Source of the DNA: Candidatus Woesearchaeota archaeon
GTDB taxonomy: Archaea; Nanobdellota; Nanobdellia; Woesearchaeales; JBJKQO01
Assembly (NCBI GenBank): GCA_046705145.1
Contig: JBJKQO010000049.1
Location: forward strand, 591-64,590
DNA length: 64,000 bases
Reading direction: 5' to 3'
Under the pieces are notes generated by a model, which saw only the letters and a list, made by a program, of their open reading frames with translations, was not told the DNA's origin and did no database searches. The translations under genes were made by a program, and so were the position numbers. Within the stretch, counting starts at the first letter, position 1, and each line of letters opens with the position of its first letter. This document shows, piece by piece, positions 1 to 9,216 of the stretch.

Positions 1-20
1 TCATGCAAAACATCAACGCG

Positions 21-53
21 CGTCGCGGGGGGTTGCCCCATCCGGGGACGCAG
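21..53 (+). repeat. GC-rich 33-nt element, copy 1 (cgtcgcggggggttgccccatccggggacgcag), upstream of the L10e gene
   Basis: Identical to 60491..60523 except one base (T/A at core position 13). Contains nested inverted repeats (CGTC...GACG, GGGG..CCCC). GC-rich in a roughly 38% GC genome, so a 32/33 match is non-random. Confidence 0.6.
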
Positions 54-172
54 CGCTCGCTCTTTACACAGACTGAGTTTTGAAGATGCTACAACCTATT
101 TTAACCTCTTATCCTGCTGTTTTTACCCAACCAAAACCTTTTTAAATGGGATTTGATTCTCCAGAAAGCACA

Positions 173-709
173 ATGGCTAAATTAAGGAAATTTTGCGCAT
201 ATAGAAGGCTTGAGAGGCCCTACACAAGGATCTCTAAGTTTCGGGCTAAGTCCTTTGTCAGGACAAGACCCAACAGCAAGATAGTGCGCTACGACATGGG
301 AGACCCAGCAAAGAACTTCGAGTACGAGATAAGCCTGATATCTGATGAAAACGTGCAGATCAGGCATAACGCCCTTGAGTCAGGAAGGCTAACATGCCTA
401 AGGACGCTTGAAAAGGCGCTTGGAAAAAAAGGATTTCACTTCAAGATAAGAGTCTATCCACACCACATCCTAAGGGAAAACCCCCTTGCATCAGGAGCAG
501 GAGCAGACAGGATGAGTACAGGTATGAAGATGTCATTCGGTAAGGTCATAGGGATAGCTGCACAGGTCAGGAAAGGCCAGAAGCTTTTCTCAGTAAAACT
601 TGACAAGAGCGCGCTTCCAGTAGGAAGGACAGCGATCAAGAAGATCTCACACAAGCTTCCATGCTCATGCAGGTTCTCAGAGCAGAAGGTTGAGCTTCCA
701 GCCGAGTGA
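173..709 (+). CDS. rpl10e: 50S ribosomal protein L10e (uL16)
   Basis: The translation MAKLRKFCAYRRLERPYTRISKF...RVYPHHILRENPLASGAGADRMSTGMKMSFGK is a typical archaeal/eukaryotic L10e. The track ORF begins at 146 (MGFDSPEST), but the conserved N-terminus begins at the ATG at 173. Stop is TGA. Confidence 0.85.
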   Translation: MAKLRKFCAYRRLERPYTRISKFRAKSFVRTRPNSKIVRYDMGDPAKNFEYEISLISDENVQIRHNALESGRLTCLRTLEKALGKKGFHFKIRVYPHHILRENPLASGAGADRMSTGMKMSFGKVIGIAAQVRKGQKLFSVKLDKSALPVGRTAIKKISHKLPCSCRFSEQKVELPAE

Positions 710-726
710 AACAAGATAATATATCG

Positions 727-735
727 TTTTTTTTT
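727..735 (+). terminator. oligo-T tract (T9) downstream of rpl10e, putative archaeal intrinsic terminator
   Basis: A run of 9 T starts 18 nt after the L10e stop codon. Archaeal termination commonly uses oligo-T tracts. Confidence 0.3.
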
Positions 736-749
736 GTCTAGGGATTTAT

Positions 750-1688
750 ATGGTCGGATTTAAAGGAGTGACTCGTAGGGAGTTCATAAAACATATTTTG
801 TTCTTTTGGGGGCCTATTTTAACAGGAGGATCTATAAGTTATCTAGATAATAGGCATATGAAAAAGCCCCCTGTAGAGACTGAACACCATCTGCTTCTGG
901 ACAGCCATGTCCATCTATCTGCTAAAGAAAAACCTGAAAATCTGGTTTTAGCTTTAAGCAAAGGAATTACTGTAATCACAGCGATATCAGGATCTAAAGG
1001 GATCTTAACATATAATCAGGCAATTCAGCTTGAGGGGGTCACTGAAACAGAAGACGGGATTATGGCGAAGGTTGAACACGAAGGGAATGTGGGTTATATC
1101 GTAAGAGGCCAGGAGATTGTATCAGACAAACATCATATTGTAGGCATATCATGGAAGGATAATCCTAATGTTCCTATCACCAGCCACGCTGACTCAAGAA
1201 GGACAGTGGAAGAGATCCAAAAAAGAGGGGGGCTAGCTATCTTAGCCCATGGATATGCAGTGAGAAGAGATTTTGGTTTTACCTACCCCTCTTATGAAGA
1301 AGAGAAAAGAATATCAGAGTTGCTTAGAGGGGTTGATGGAGCAGAAACATTTAATTCAAATTGCATATGTCTTGTTCCTGGATTATTTGATGTGAGCGAT
1401 GCAAATCGAAGGATGTTAGAAACAGTCCAAACTAAAACTAAGTTAAGAGGATTAAATGTTTCAGACACACATTACCAACTTAAACAACACCAATTATCAG
1501 GGGTGATGGTGCCAAAAGAACATTTTTGCTTAGAAGCATTATGTCATTATATCACTTCCGGAGCATTCATTAATAATTCAATTACTTTCGGAAACCCAAG
1601 AATAAGTGCAAAATTACAGAATTATGTTAGCAGATGGAGTTTTATCAAAGGGACATTAAGAGTAAATTTTGATGAATGTCTTGAATAA
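750..1688 (+). CDS. PHP-domain metal-dependent phosphoesterase with Tat-like N-terminal motif
   Basis: PHP motifs are present: LLLDSHVHLS (HxH), ILAHGY, ETFNS and a C-terminal SDTHY. The N-terminus VTRREFIKHILFFWGPILTGG matches the twin-arginine consensus S/T-R-R-x-F-L-K followed by a hydrophobic stretch. Codon usage is atypical for the window (A/T-ending codons). Confidence 0.45.
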   Translation: MVGFKGVTRREFIKHILFFWGPILTGGSISYLDNRHMKKPPVETEHHLLLDSHVHLSAKEKPENLVLALSKGITVITAISGSKGILTYNQAIQLEGVTETEDGIMAKVEHEGNVGYIVRGQEIVSDKHHIVGISWKDNPNVPITSHADSRRTVEEIQKRGGLAILAHGYAVRRDFGFTYPSYEEEKRISELLRGVDGAETFNSNCICLVPGLFDVSDANRRMLETVQTKTKLRGLNVSDTHYQLKQHQLSGVMVPKEHFCLEALCHYITSGAFINNSITFGNPRISAKLQNYVSRWSFIKGTLRVNFDECLE

Positions 1689-1722
1689 TTTGTTTTTTTT
1701 GCTTAATGGATTCTCAATTACA

Positions 1723-1730
1723 TTTATAAA
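1723..1730 (+). promoter_or_regulatory. TATA box (tttataaa) for srp54
   Basis: The AT-rich box lies about 23-30 nt upstream of the SRP54 ATG at 1753. The spacing fits an archaeal leaderless or short-leader transcript. Confidence 0.4.
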
Positions 1731-1752
1731 GAAAAACTGCTTTCCATCTAAA

Positions 1753-3120
1753 ATGCTTGACAAACTATCAGAATCCTTAAAGAACACATTGTCTAAGATA
1801 GCTAAATCAATGTTTGTTGATGAGAAGCTCATAAACGAGCTAGTGAAAGACATACAAAGAGCGCTTCTGCAGTCAGATGTAAACGTAAAATTGGTCTTTG
1901 ACCTCACCAAAAAGATAAAGGAAAGGGCACTTGATGAGAAAGCGCCTACAGGGCTTGCAAAAAGAGAGCAGCTTGTAAACATAGTCTATGAGGAGCTTGT
2001 CAGGTTCCTCGGCGAAGACAAGGCAGAGATAGTCATAGGAAAGGAAAAGCCATTCAAGATAATGATGGTCGGGCTTTTTGGTTCAGGAAAGACAACAACA
2101 ACAGGCAAGCTTGCAAAGTATTACTCAAAAAGAGGATTTAAGGTAGCAGTAGTCGGCCTGGATGTCCACAGGCCAGCTGCGATGAGCCAGCTCGAGCAGG
2201 TCGCAAAAGTAGCAAAGGTATCTTTCTTCATCGAGAAAGGGGAGAAGGACGCAGTAAAGATATGGAAAAAGCACGAATCAGAGCTCAACAAGTTTGACAT
2301 AGTGATAGTCGACACAGCAGGAAGAGATGCTCTTTCTGACGACCTTATCAAGGAGATAGAATCCGTGAACTCGATCATCAAGCCGCAGGAAAGGCTTCTT
2401 GTGATATCAGCTGACATCGGCCAGGCAGCGCAGAAGCAGGCACAGCAGTTCCACGATTCTGTTAGCATAACAGGCGTCATAACCACAAAGATGGACGGCA
2501 CAGCAAAAGCAGGAGGCGCCTTATCTGCATGCGCAGTAACATCCGCCCCAATAAAGTTCATAGGAGTAGGAGAGAAGGTTGATGATCTTGAGGTCTTCAA
2601 CCCAAAAGGATTCGTGTCAAGGCTTCTTGGGATGGGAGACCTAGAAGCTCTTCTTGAGAAAGCGAAAGAAGCAGTGTCTGAAGAAGAAGCAAAAGACCTA
2701 TCAAAAAAGCTGCTTAAAGGCGAGTTCTCACTTATCGACCTTTATGAGCAGATGGAAGCCATGAAAAAGATGGGTCCACTTTCAAAGGTCATGGAGATGA
2801 TCCCAGGCATGGGCCAGCTCAAGATACCAAAAGAGGCTCTTAACGTCCAGCAGGAAAAGCTAACATCATGGAGATACATAATGGACTCCTGCACAGAGGA
2901 AGAGCTTGAGGATCCTGACTCGATAAACATCCACAGGATAGAAAGGATAGCAAAAGGCTCAGGAAGGTCAGTATCTGATGTTCGCGAGCTTCTCAAGCAA
3001 TACAAGCAGTCAAAAAAACTCATGAAGATGTTCAAGGGAAAAGACCCTGAAAAGATGATGAAGAAGATGGGCGGAATGAAAGGCATGGCAGGGATGGGCG
3101 GAGGAGTAAAGTATAAGTGA
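1753..3120 (+). CDS. srp54: Signal recognition particle protein SRP54
   Basis: N domain, GTPase motifs GLFGSGKTTTTGKLA, DTAGR and TKMDG, and a Met-rich M domain ending in MKKMGGMKGMAGMGG. The conserved start MLDKLSESL is at 1753; the track ORF start at 1669 adds an implausible leader. Confidence 0.9.
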   Translation: MLDKLSESLKNTLSKIAKSMFVDEKLINELVKDIQRALLQSDVNVKLVFDLTKKIKERALDEKAPTGLAKREQLVNIVYEELVRFLGEDKAEIVIGKEKPFKIMMVGLFGSGKTTTTGKLAKYYSKRGFKVAVVGLDVHRPAAMSQLEQVAKVAKVSFFIEKGEKDAVKIWKKHESELNKFDIVIVDTAGRDALSDDLIKEIESVNSIIKPQERLLVISADIGQAAQKQAQQFHDSVSITGVITTKMDGTAKAGGALSACAVTSAPIKFIGVGEKVDDLEVFNPKGFVSRLLGMGDLEALLEKAKEAVSEEEAKDLSKKLLKGEFSLIDLYEQMEAMKKMGPLSKVMEMIPGMGQLKIPKEALNVQQEKLTSWRYIMDSCTEEELEDPDSINIHRIERIAKGSGRSVSDVRELLKQYKQSKKLMKMFKGKDPEKMMKKMGGMKGMAGMGGGVKYK

Positions 3121-3122
3121 GC

Positions 3123-3734
3123 TTATCCAGTCCTATGGTATATCTCGACTTGCGGGCCTTCTGGAGTTAACATACACGCAGCAACACCGATGCCTGTTCC
3201 TTGGGTAGGAAACCTTTTGTGAAACAATGTTTCTGCTACAGTTGCTAAATCTGCTTCTTCTCCAAAATGATAGATTGTACCTTGGTTTCCGTTTGAAGGT
3301 AATACTGATACTCTCATTGCTCCCACTTCGACAGTTTTAATCCATAAATTATATCTTTTATTATCTGGATCCACTTCGCAAGAACCAAGAATGTGAATTC
3401 CAGAATCTGTGCAACCTGCTACCATCCATGAACTTTGGGTGTTCACCAAATTATGTATCCCTTGCCCGTTTGGGAAAAAAGCCATTGCATCATTTACACC
3501 GATACCATACGCTGCAACAGCAACTCGCTCTCTTCCATTATTTCTTGCTGATAAGCATGCGAACCCAGGATAAAGGCTTGTTGGCTCAACTTCTTCTCTT
3601 GCCCTAACCATTTCTTGCTTCGAATCCAAGACCAACCTCAAGTTAGGGTTTCTCCCACCTAAACCATACACAACTGTAGGGTGTGGGCCTAATCTCCCAG
3701 TTCCCACAAAACAATTCTGATTATCCAAGACCAT
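3123..3734 (-). CDS. purO: IMP cyclohydrolase PurO-like protein (Ntn-hydrolase fold)
   Basis: 203 aa. The segments GRERVAVAAYGIG, YNLWIKTVEVGAMRVSVLPSNGNQGTIY and the N-terminal VGTGRLGPHPTVVYGLGGRNPNLR resemble archaeal PurO (compare MJ0626 ...ERVAVV..., ...[20 protein letters not shown]...). Codon usage is atypical. Confidence 0.5.
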   Translation of the reverse strand: MVLDNQNCFVGTGRLGPHPTVVYGLGGRNPNLRLVLDSKQEMVRAREEVEPTSLYPGFACLSARNNGRERVAVAAYGIGVNDAMAFFPNGQGIHNLVNTQSSWMVAGCTDSGIHILGSCEVDPDNKRYNLWIKTVEVGAMRVSVLPSNGNQGTIYHFGEEADLATVAETLFHKRFPTQGTGIGVAACMLTPEGPQVEIYHRTG

Positions 3735-3837
3735 ACCGGAAAAAGAAAAATAATAAATATTTAAATGTTTGCTTTGATTACTACTTTACAGAAGTATTAA
3801 GAGAAAGGTTTATAAAAAGGAGGATAATTCTTTTTTT

Positions 3838-4272
3838 TTGAGGGGGTTTAACAATATGCGCGAAAAACTATTATTATTTTATGATCTTAACACTTCCAGA
3901 GGAATGACCAATGCAAAAAAGATATGTGCTTCCTTAGGAGTTGATGCTGGGGTATGTTCTATGCATGTTCCTGTACACTCATTAACTGATCAGATTTTGG
4001 ATGCAGACCCTACTCTGAATCAGTATCGTGCTATTATTGTGTCTGAATTCTCAGATGGGGAAAGAGTAGAGGATATTGTAACTGCTTTCCAAATGTCAAG
4101 AGACACGAACCCAGGGCTAAAAGGAAAATCTTTAGTTGTTTTGACATATGGTACAATCGAGGGAGAAATCTCCCCAAAGGCCCATTATGTTCCTACAAAT
4201 GGAGGGAATGGTCATTTGAGCAAATCAGAAGCTGATAAGATTGCAGGTATAATCTCAAGATCTATGAATTGA
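3838..4272 (+). CDS. hypothetical protein
   Basis: 144-aa ORF with a TATA/SD-like upstream region (tttataaaaaggagg). No recognisable motifs. Confidence 0.3.
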   Translation: MRGFNNMREKLLLFYDLNTSRGMTNAKKICASLGVDAGVCSMHVPVHSLTDQILDADPTLNQYRAIIVSEFSDGERVEDIVTAFQMSRDTNPGLKGKSLVVLTYGTIEGEISPKAHYVPTNGGNGHLSKSEADKIAGIISRSMN

Positions 4273-4283
4273 GGATTTATCTC

Positions 4284-6140
4284 TCACTCCCACTCTGTCG
4301 TTCCAGGGGGCTTGGCAGTAAGGTCGTAAACGACCCTTGATATGCCTTTCACTTTCTTTAGTATCTCTTTTACCATCTCGTCAACGACCTTTTCAGGAAT
4401 ATCTGCTCCTGGGACTGCAGGAACGCCAGTCATGAAGTCGTTTGTGATAAATGTCCTTATTGCAATACCTCTACTTCCTTTCATGCCGAAATCTACAGGA
4501 AACAGGATGACAGGGACCTGGCTTAGCTTTCTTATAAGATCATTCTTGTAAAGGATATCATTCACTATGTCATCAGCTTCCTGAAGCTGCCTTATCACGT
4601 CTTCTGTAAGGTGGGCAGGAGTTATGGTCCTGACATCTTTTTCTATCTTTTCCCCAAAAACATAAACTACGCGGTTGACCTTATGCACTTTTTTTGGGAT
4701 CTCTTTTGCGATGCTGACAAGCTTTTTCCAGTCTTTTTTTCCGCTTAACCCTACAAGGTAGCTGTAGCTTCTTGAGTCTCCCTGTACGCCCACAGTCTGC
4801 ACAGGCAGAAGCGAAGCAGAAACATCCTTGTCTGAAAATACCTTAAGCTGATCCTGTATGTTCTCAAAATCATCCGTGATGTATGGCTTGTCAGCGCATA
4901 TTATCCTTACTGCAAGACCAGGTCCAGGAAAAGGCTGCCTCCAGACTATCTCATCAGGAAGCCCGAGCATCTTTCCTAAGTTTCTTACCTCATCCTTATG
5001 ATAATCCTTAAGAGGCTCGATAACCCTTCCTTTTTTCCTAAGATCCCTTACAAGCTCTGTATCGTTATGATGGGTCTTGATAGTATCAGCATTTGATGAG
5101 GCAAGCTCTGATGCGCTTTCGATAAGATCAGGCCGAAGGGTTCCCTGGCAAAGAAAAACTTCATCAGGATCAAGGTCCAGGTCCTTTACTGCTTTTTCTG
5201 CAACCCTCATGAAAGTGTCTCCGATTATCTTTCTTTTTTCTTCAGGTGACACAGTCTCTTTTAGCCTTGATGTCTCCCTGCCACCTACTTTTGTCTTTGC
5301 ATCATAAAAGGACTGTGAAGCATCCACAACATCAAGCTGTATCCCGATCTTCTCAAGCACGTCTTTCACTTTTTTGCTTTCATCTTTTCTCATGAACCCG
5401 TTGTTGATGTGGATAGCATAAACATTATCTGGGCCTATTGCCTTGTTAAGAAGGGCTGCGCAGACAGTCGAGTCGACGCCGCCGCTTATGAGAAGAAGGA
5501 CTTTTTTGTCACCGACCTTTTTCCTTATCTCAGTTATCGCAATCTCTTCCCTGTTTTCCATGGTATAGTCGCCCTTAAACCCTGCGATCCTGAAAAGGAA
5601 ATTTGAAAGGACCTGTTTGCCGTTTTCTGTCAGGTCAACCTCTGGATGGAACTGCACCCCATATAGTTTCTTCTTCTTGTTCTCAAGACCTGCTATTATC
5701 TCCCCGGACTGGGCTATCACGCTAAGGGAATCAGCGACTATCCCCACGCTGTCTCCATGTGTCAGAAGGGCGTTTTGCCTCTCATGCAGGCCACTGAACA
5801 GATCTGACCCCTTGTTGACAACTATCTCATACTGGCCGTCTTCCCTAAGCGATTTCTTCTCGACGCTCCCTCCCATCTCATAGTTCAGAAGCTGCATCCC
5901 ATAACATATGCCAAGGACAGGAACACCCATGTCAAAAACTCCTTTTACCGGCTTAGGCGAATCTTTCTGATAGACGCTAAAACCAGAACCTGATATTATT
6001 ATCGCCTTGTACTTCTTCAGCTTGGAAAGAGGAGTTGTGATAGGAAGGATCTCTGATTCCACCTTCAGCTCCCTTACTTTCCTGTCAATTACCTTTCCGT
6101 ACTGTGCGCCTGCATCAAGAATAGCAAGTTTTTCTGCCAT
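4284..6140 (-). CDS. guaA: GMP synthase (glutamine-hydrolysing), fused GATase plus ATP-pyrophosphatase
   Basis: Class-I GATase motifs GICYGMQ (Cys nucleophile) and VQFHPEV. The PP-loop SGGVDSTV and a C-terminal dimerisation domain are present. The conserved start MAEKLAILDAGAQYG is at 6140; the track ORF extends to 6308. Confidence 0.85.
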   Translation of the reverse strand: MAEKLAILDAGAQYGKVIDRKVRELKVESEILPITTPLSKLKKYKAIIISGSGFSVYQKDSPKPVKGVFDMGVPVLGICYGMQLLNYEMGGSVEKKSLREDGQYEIVVNKGSDLFSGLHERQNALLTHGDSVGIVADSLSVIAQSGEIIAGLENKKKKLYGVQFHPEVDLTENGKQVLSNFLFRIAGFKGDYTMENREEIAITEIRKKVGDKKVLLLISGGVDSTVCAALLNKAIGPDNVYAIHINNGFMRKDESKKVKDVLEKIGIQLDVVDASQSFYDAKTKVGGRETSRLKETVSPEEKRKIIGDTFMRVAEKAVKDLDLDPDEVFLCQGTLRPDLIESASELASSNADTIKTHHNDTELVRDLRKKGRVIEPLKDYHKDEVRNLGKMLGLPDEIVWRQPFPGPGLAVRIICADKPYITDDFENIQDQLKVFSDKDVSASLLPVQTVGVQGDSRSYSYLVGLSGKKDWKKLVSIAKEIPKKVHKVNRVVYVFGEKIEKDVRTITPAHLTEDVIRQLQEADDIVNDILYKNDLIRKLSQVPVILFPVDFGMKGSRGIAIRTFITNDFMTGVPAVPGADIPEKVVDEMVKEILKKVKGISRVVYDLTAKPPGTTEWE

Positions 6141-6225
6141 GTGAAATGACAATAGAATGCGGTTTATATGTTTTTCTGAAATTATGTGAGCAAGATATTT
6201 ATACCAGACCCACTTATTCCCCTCC

Positions 6226-6624
6226 ATGCCACGCATCCAGATAGCAGACTGCATCATCGAGAAAGAGGGGAAGATTCTTATGCTTGCGAGGGCATTTCCT
6301 CCAAACAAAGGGAAGCTGGACCTTATGGGAGGATTTGTCGATTCCGGAGAGACCCCCGAGAAAGGTGCGGTCAGGGAAGCAAAAGAAGAGTCAGGATTTG
6401 AGGTAGAGATAATAAGAAAGCTAGGGACTTATGACTATTTTGACAGGCAGGAAAAGACGATGCACATATATGTGACAAAAGCGGTAGGGGGCAAGCTGGC
6501 AGAGTCTGTCGAAGGAAGTCTTATATGGCGAGAGCCAGGAAGCATAACCGAAGAAGAGCTTGCCTTTCCCCAGGTGCATGCTAGGGCGCTGAAGGATTTT
6601 ATGAATGAGAAGCATTCTAGATAA
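6226..6624 (+). CDS. Nudix (MutT-family) hydrolase
   Basis: The canonical Nudix box GGFVDSGETPEKGAVREAKEESGF fits Gx5Ex7REUxEExGU. Confidence 0.8.
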   Translation: MPRIQIADCIIEKEGKILMLARAFPPNKGKLDLMGGFVDSGETPEKGAVREAKEESGFEVEIIRKLGTYDYFDRQEKTMHIYVTKAVGGKLAESVEGSLIWREPGSITEEELAFPQVHARALKDFMNEKHSR

Positions 6625-6684
6625 TAAGTCATAGTATATTTTAAATACTCTAAAATCTTAATGCAGCATAACGAGGTGATAATT

Positions 6685-7308
6685 ATGGTGTCGAAGGTAA
6701 AACAGACAATTCTTGCTGTTGGCATAGCATTGATACTTGCTTTTTTCGTAGGCTATGGCATTCAGACATTTTACAGGGGAGTCAATATGCAGGACTTCTG
6801 CAATGAAGGGCCGATGGTTATAGAGAATCAGGCGCAATGCGAAAAATCAAACGGAAAATGGACAGAGCCTCAGATTCTTGATGAAGGGCTCAAACTCACA
6901 TGCAACATGAACGCTGATAACAGCTACACCTGCTATTCTGATGACCCCCAAAAACAAAGGGGTTACTGCGACATGTCATCATGCTATGACGAGTACAGGA
7001 AAGTCATGGCCCCATATAACAGGAATGTCTTCATAATCGCGACAGTGATAGGGCTCATAGCGTTATTCATCGGAGTGAGCTTAAAGCTTGGCTCAGTAAG
7101 CGCAGGACTCATGGGAGGAGGGGTGCTTACGATAATATACGGAGTCATCAGATACTGGGGAGATGCAGAAGACTGGCTCAGGTTTGTCATACTTGGAGTC
7201 GCACTTGCAGCGCTGATCTGGATAGGCTACAAGAAGCTTAATCCATCTGAGCCAAAACCCCAGACCAAGCCAGTAGTGGTTGCAAGACAGCAAAAAAAGA
7301 GGAAATAA
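6685..7308 (+). CDS. membrane protein with Cys-rich extracytoplasmic domain
   Basis: An SD-like GAGGTGAT lies 6 nt upstream of the ATG at 6685. There is an N-terminal TM helix, a Cys-rich loop, two C-terminal TM helices and a basic tail. Confidence 0.4.
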   Translation: MVSKVKQTILAVGIALILAFFVGYGIQTFYRGVNMQDFCNEGPMVIENQAQCEKSNGKWTEPQILDEGLKLTCNMNADNSYTCYSDDPQKQRGYCDMSSCYDEYRKVMAPYNRNVFIIATVIGLIALFIGVSLKLGSVSAGLMGGGVLTIIYGVIRYWGDAEDWLRFVILGVALAALIWIGYKKLNPSEPKPQTKPVVVARQQKKRK

Positions 7309-7334
7309 TCTTTTTTTTATTTCTTTTTTTTAAG

Positions 7335-8282
7335 ATGAAGCTTTTTATCCTTTCAAAACTTAACCAGGAGATGTCAATCGCAGAGGCATCTTCAGTGCTT
7401 GGGCTTGATCCCATAAAAACATTTGAAGGAGGGATGATCGCAAAAACAGGATCATCCGAATTTGACAGGCTCGCCTATACCAAAGGGGTATATGAAATCC
7501 TGTTCTCTTCTGACTTCAAGGGATTTCAGGATACCTTTATGAACCATCCATGGGCAGATTCTGTCAAAGGAAGCTTTTGTGTTAGGTCTCACACACCCAA
7601 ATTTGATGAGAAGATGCTTGCAGGCTACGTCTGGCACAAGCTCAAGAAGCCAAAAGTCAGGCTTGAAGACCCGGATTTTCTTATCGAGATATTTGAGGTA
7701 GAAGGAAAATTTCACTGCTGCAACAGCATCTGGCAGAACAAAGGTGGATTTGAGGAAAGAAAAGCCCATCTTAGGCCAAAGCTTGTCCCTGTATCACTTG
7801 ACCCCAGGCTTGCAAGAGCTCTTGTTAACCTGACAGGTATACGCAAAGGAAAGCTTCTTGACCCGTTCTGCGGCACTGGAGGGATACTGATCGAGACTGG
7901 GCTCATAGGGATCAAGCCTGTGGGGATTGACATAAATCCATGGATGGTCAAGAGCACAAATGAAAACCTGAAATTCTACAAGATAAAAGGAGGGGACATC
8001 AAGGAAGGTGATGCGCTTTTGTTAAATGAGTCATGGGACTATATCGTGACAGACCTTCCTTACGGGAAGAACACCGGAAAGATAGACACGAACAAGCTCT
8101 ACAAGGAGTTCATGAGTGTCCTTGGGAATGTGCTCAGGAAGAGGGCAGTCATAGTATTTCCGAAAGGCACAAAGGTAAACCTTATTGCCAAGGGGCTCCC
8201 TCTTAAGATCATATACGAGTTTGACTATTACATACACAAGTCGATGTCAAAAAGGATAGTTGTTCTTGAGAAGATCAAATAA
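7335..8282 (+). CDS. tRNA (guanine-N2)-methyltransferase, Trm11/Trm-G10 type (THUMP plus class I methyltransferase)
   Basis: N-terminal THUMP-like region. Methyltransferase motif I DPFCGTGGILIE and motif IV DLPYG are present. Confidence 0.65.
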   Translation: MKLFILSKLNQEMSIAEASSVLGLDPIKTFEGGMIAKTGSSEFDRLAYTKGVYEILFSSDFKGFQDTFMNHPWADSVKGSFCVRSHTPKFDEKMLAGYVWHKLKKPKVRLEDPDFLIEIFEVEGKFHCCNSIWQNKGGFEERKAHLRPKLVPVSLDPRLARALVNLTGIRKGKLLDPFCGTGGILIETGLIGIKPVGIDINPWMVKSTNENLKFYKIKGGDIKEGDALLLNESWDYIVTDLPYGKNTGKIDTNKLYKEFMSVLGNVLRKRAVIVFPKGTKVNLIAKGLPLKIIYEFDYYIHKSMSKRIVVLEKIK

Positions 8283-8284
8283 AA

Positions 8285-8426
8285 TGGGCCTGCCCGGACT
8301 CGAACCGGGGACCTCCGCCGTACTCAACAAAGCTTCGCTTAGTTGGTCGCCCAGCGAAGCTGTGCATGTGAAGGCGACGTCATCTGCAGCATACCCGAAA
8401 GTATGTAGCCACTAGACTACAGGCCC
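8285..8426 (-). tRNA. intron-containing tRNA, best model tRNA-Val(CAC) with two introns
   Basis: The reverse complement gives acceptor GGGCCTG/CAGGCCC with discriminator A, T-arm CCCGG-TTCGAGT-CCGGG and D-loop AGTGGCTA. The anticodon stem TCGCC/GGCGG is split by a 46-nt intron at 37/38 (genomic 8321..8366). That intron holds a 9-bp hairpin AGCTTCGCT/AGCGAAGCT. A second 23-nt insertion in the D-loop (8383..8405) forms the hairpin CATAC-TTTCGGG-GTATG. Removing both leaves a 73-nt cloverleaf with anticodon CAC (8368..8370). No CCA is encoded. An alternative reading is an Arg-TCG anticodon in the first hairpin. Confidence 0.55.
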
Positions 8427-8453
8427 AACCTTCAACAGGTAAGAACAGATGGT

Positions 8454-9152
8454 TTATAAGGGTTTTGGGTTAGGTGTTGCTTTTCCAAGATATGTGAATC
8501 TATCTTCTGTTAACTCCAGGGAGAATCCAGAAAACAGTTTTCTTAGTTTGTCCTCATCAAATCTTTCAGAGCTAAATGGCCCATGCTCTGTCTGTGCAAA
8601 AGTATAGTCTCCTTTGCTGGATACTTTTGAGAATCCTGGAAGTGACCTGTATGCTGATTCCTGTATCTTCTCTGATCTTTGAGAGTAAGTGCTGAACAGC
8701 ACCATCCCTCCTGGTTTAAGGATCCTTCTTATCTCCCGAATCGCCAAGTCTTTATCATTATCAAGGTTTCCGAGAAGGTTGAAGGATAAGACAATACAAT
8801 CAAAATATGAATCAGGATAACCTGTTTCTGTGATAGAGCCAACTTTGTATTTGTTTTTTGGCAGGTTTTCTTTACATAGTTGTACAGAAGTTTCATTGAT
8901 ATCAATCCCGTGTCCATGAGTTATGTGATTATCTAACCTGGATAAGATCCGTCCCTCACCACAACCCACATCAAGTATCCTGCCTGCAGGAATGTTCTTT
9001 TTGTAATAGCTTACCTCCTCTTCTAAGTACTCAAGCATCTCAGCAGGCAGGTTTGAATTAATCTTGTCCCATCTGCAATCCTTGTAAAAAGAATGGTTAA
9101 TAGCCATGATACCACATCTGTTACTACTCATTAGAGATTTAATATTTATCAA
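8454..9152 (-). CDS. class I SAM-dependent methyltransferase
   Basis: Motif I ILDVGCGEGRIL and motif post-I HGHGIDIN. An alternative start is MAINHSF at 9107. Confidence 0.6.
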   Translation of the reverse strand: MINIKSLMSSNRCGIMAINHSFYKDCRWDKINSNLPAEMLEYLEEEVSYYKKNIPAGRILDVGCGEGRILSRLDNHITHGHGIDINETSVQLCKENLPKNKYKVGSITETGYPDSYFDCIVLSFNLLGNLDNDKDLAIREIRRILKPGGMVLFSTYSQRSEKIQESAYRSLPGFSKVSSKGDYTFAQTEHGPFSSERFDEDKLRKLFSGFSLELTEDRFTYLGKATPNPKPL

Positions 9153-9216
9153 TCTTATGGCTTATTTTTAGTACTTTTAGAAAAATATTTATATCATTTT
9201 ATCTATTTATTAATAA

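Noticed and set aside
6141-6308. N-terminal extensions of the track ORFs for guaA (to 6308), srp54 (from 1669), ppsA (to 13279), pcn (to 19756) and the GNAT gene (from 62198)
   Set aside because: Conserved family N-termini begin at internal Met codons. The extensions run through AT-rich promoter-like sequence and would overlap divergent promoters.
8383-8405. Single-intron tRNA-Arg(TCG), reading the hairpin CATAC-TTTCGGG-GTATG as the anticodon arm
   Set aside because: That model leaves only about 12 nt for the D-arm and roughly 80 nt of unexplained variable region. The two-intron model yields a standard 73-nt cloverleaf with a split but perfectly complementary anticodon stem. It is kept as an alternative because it could not be computed formally.
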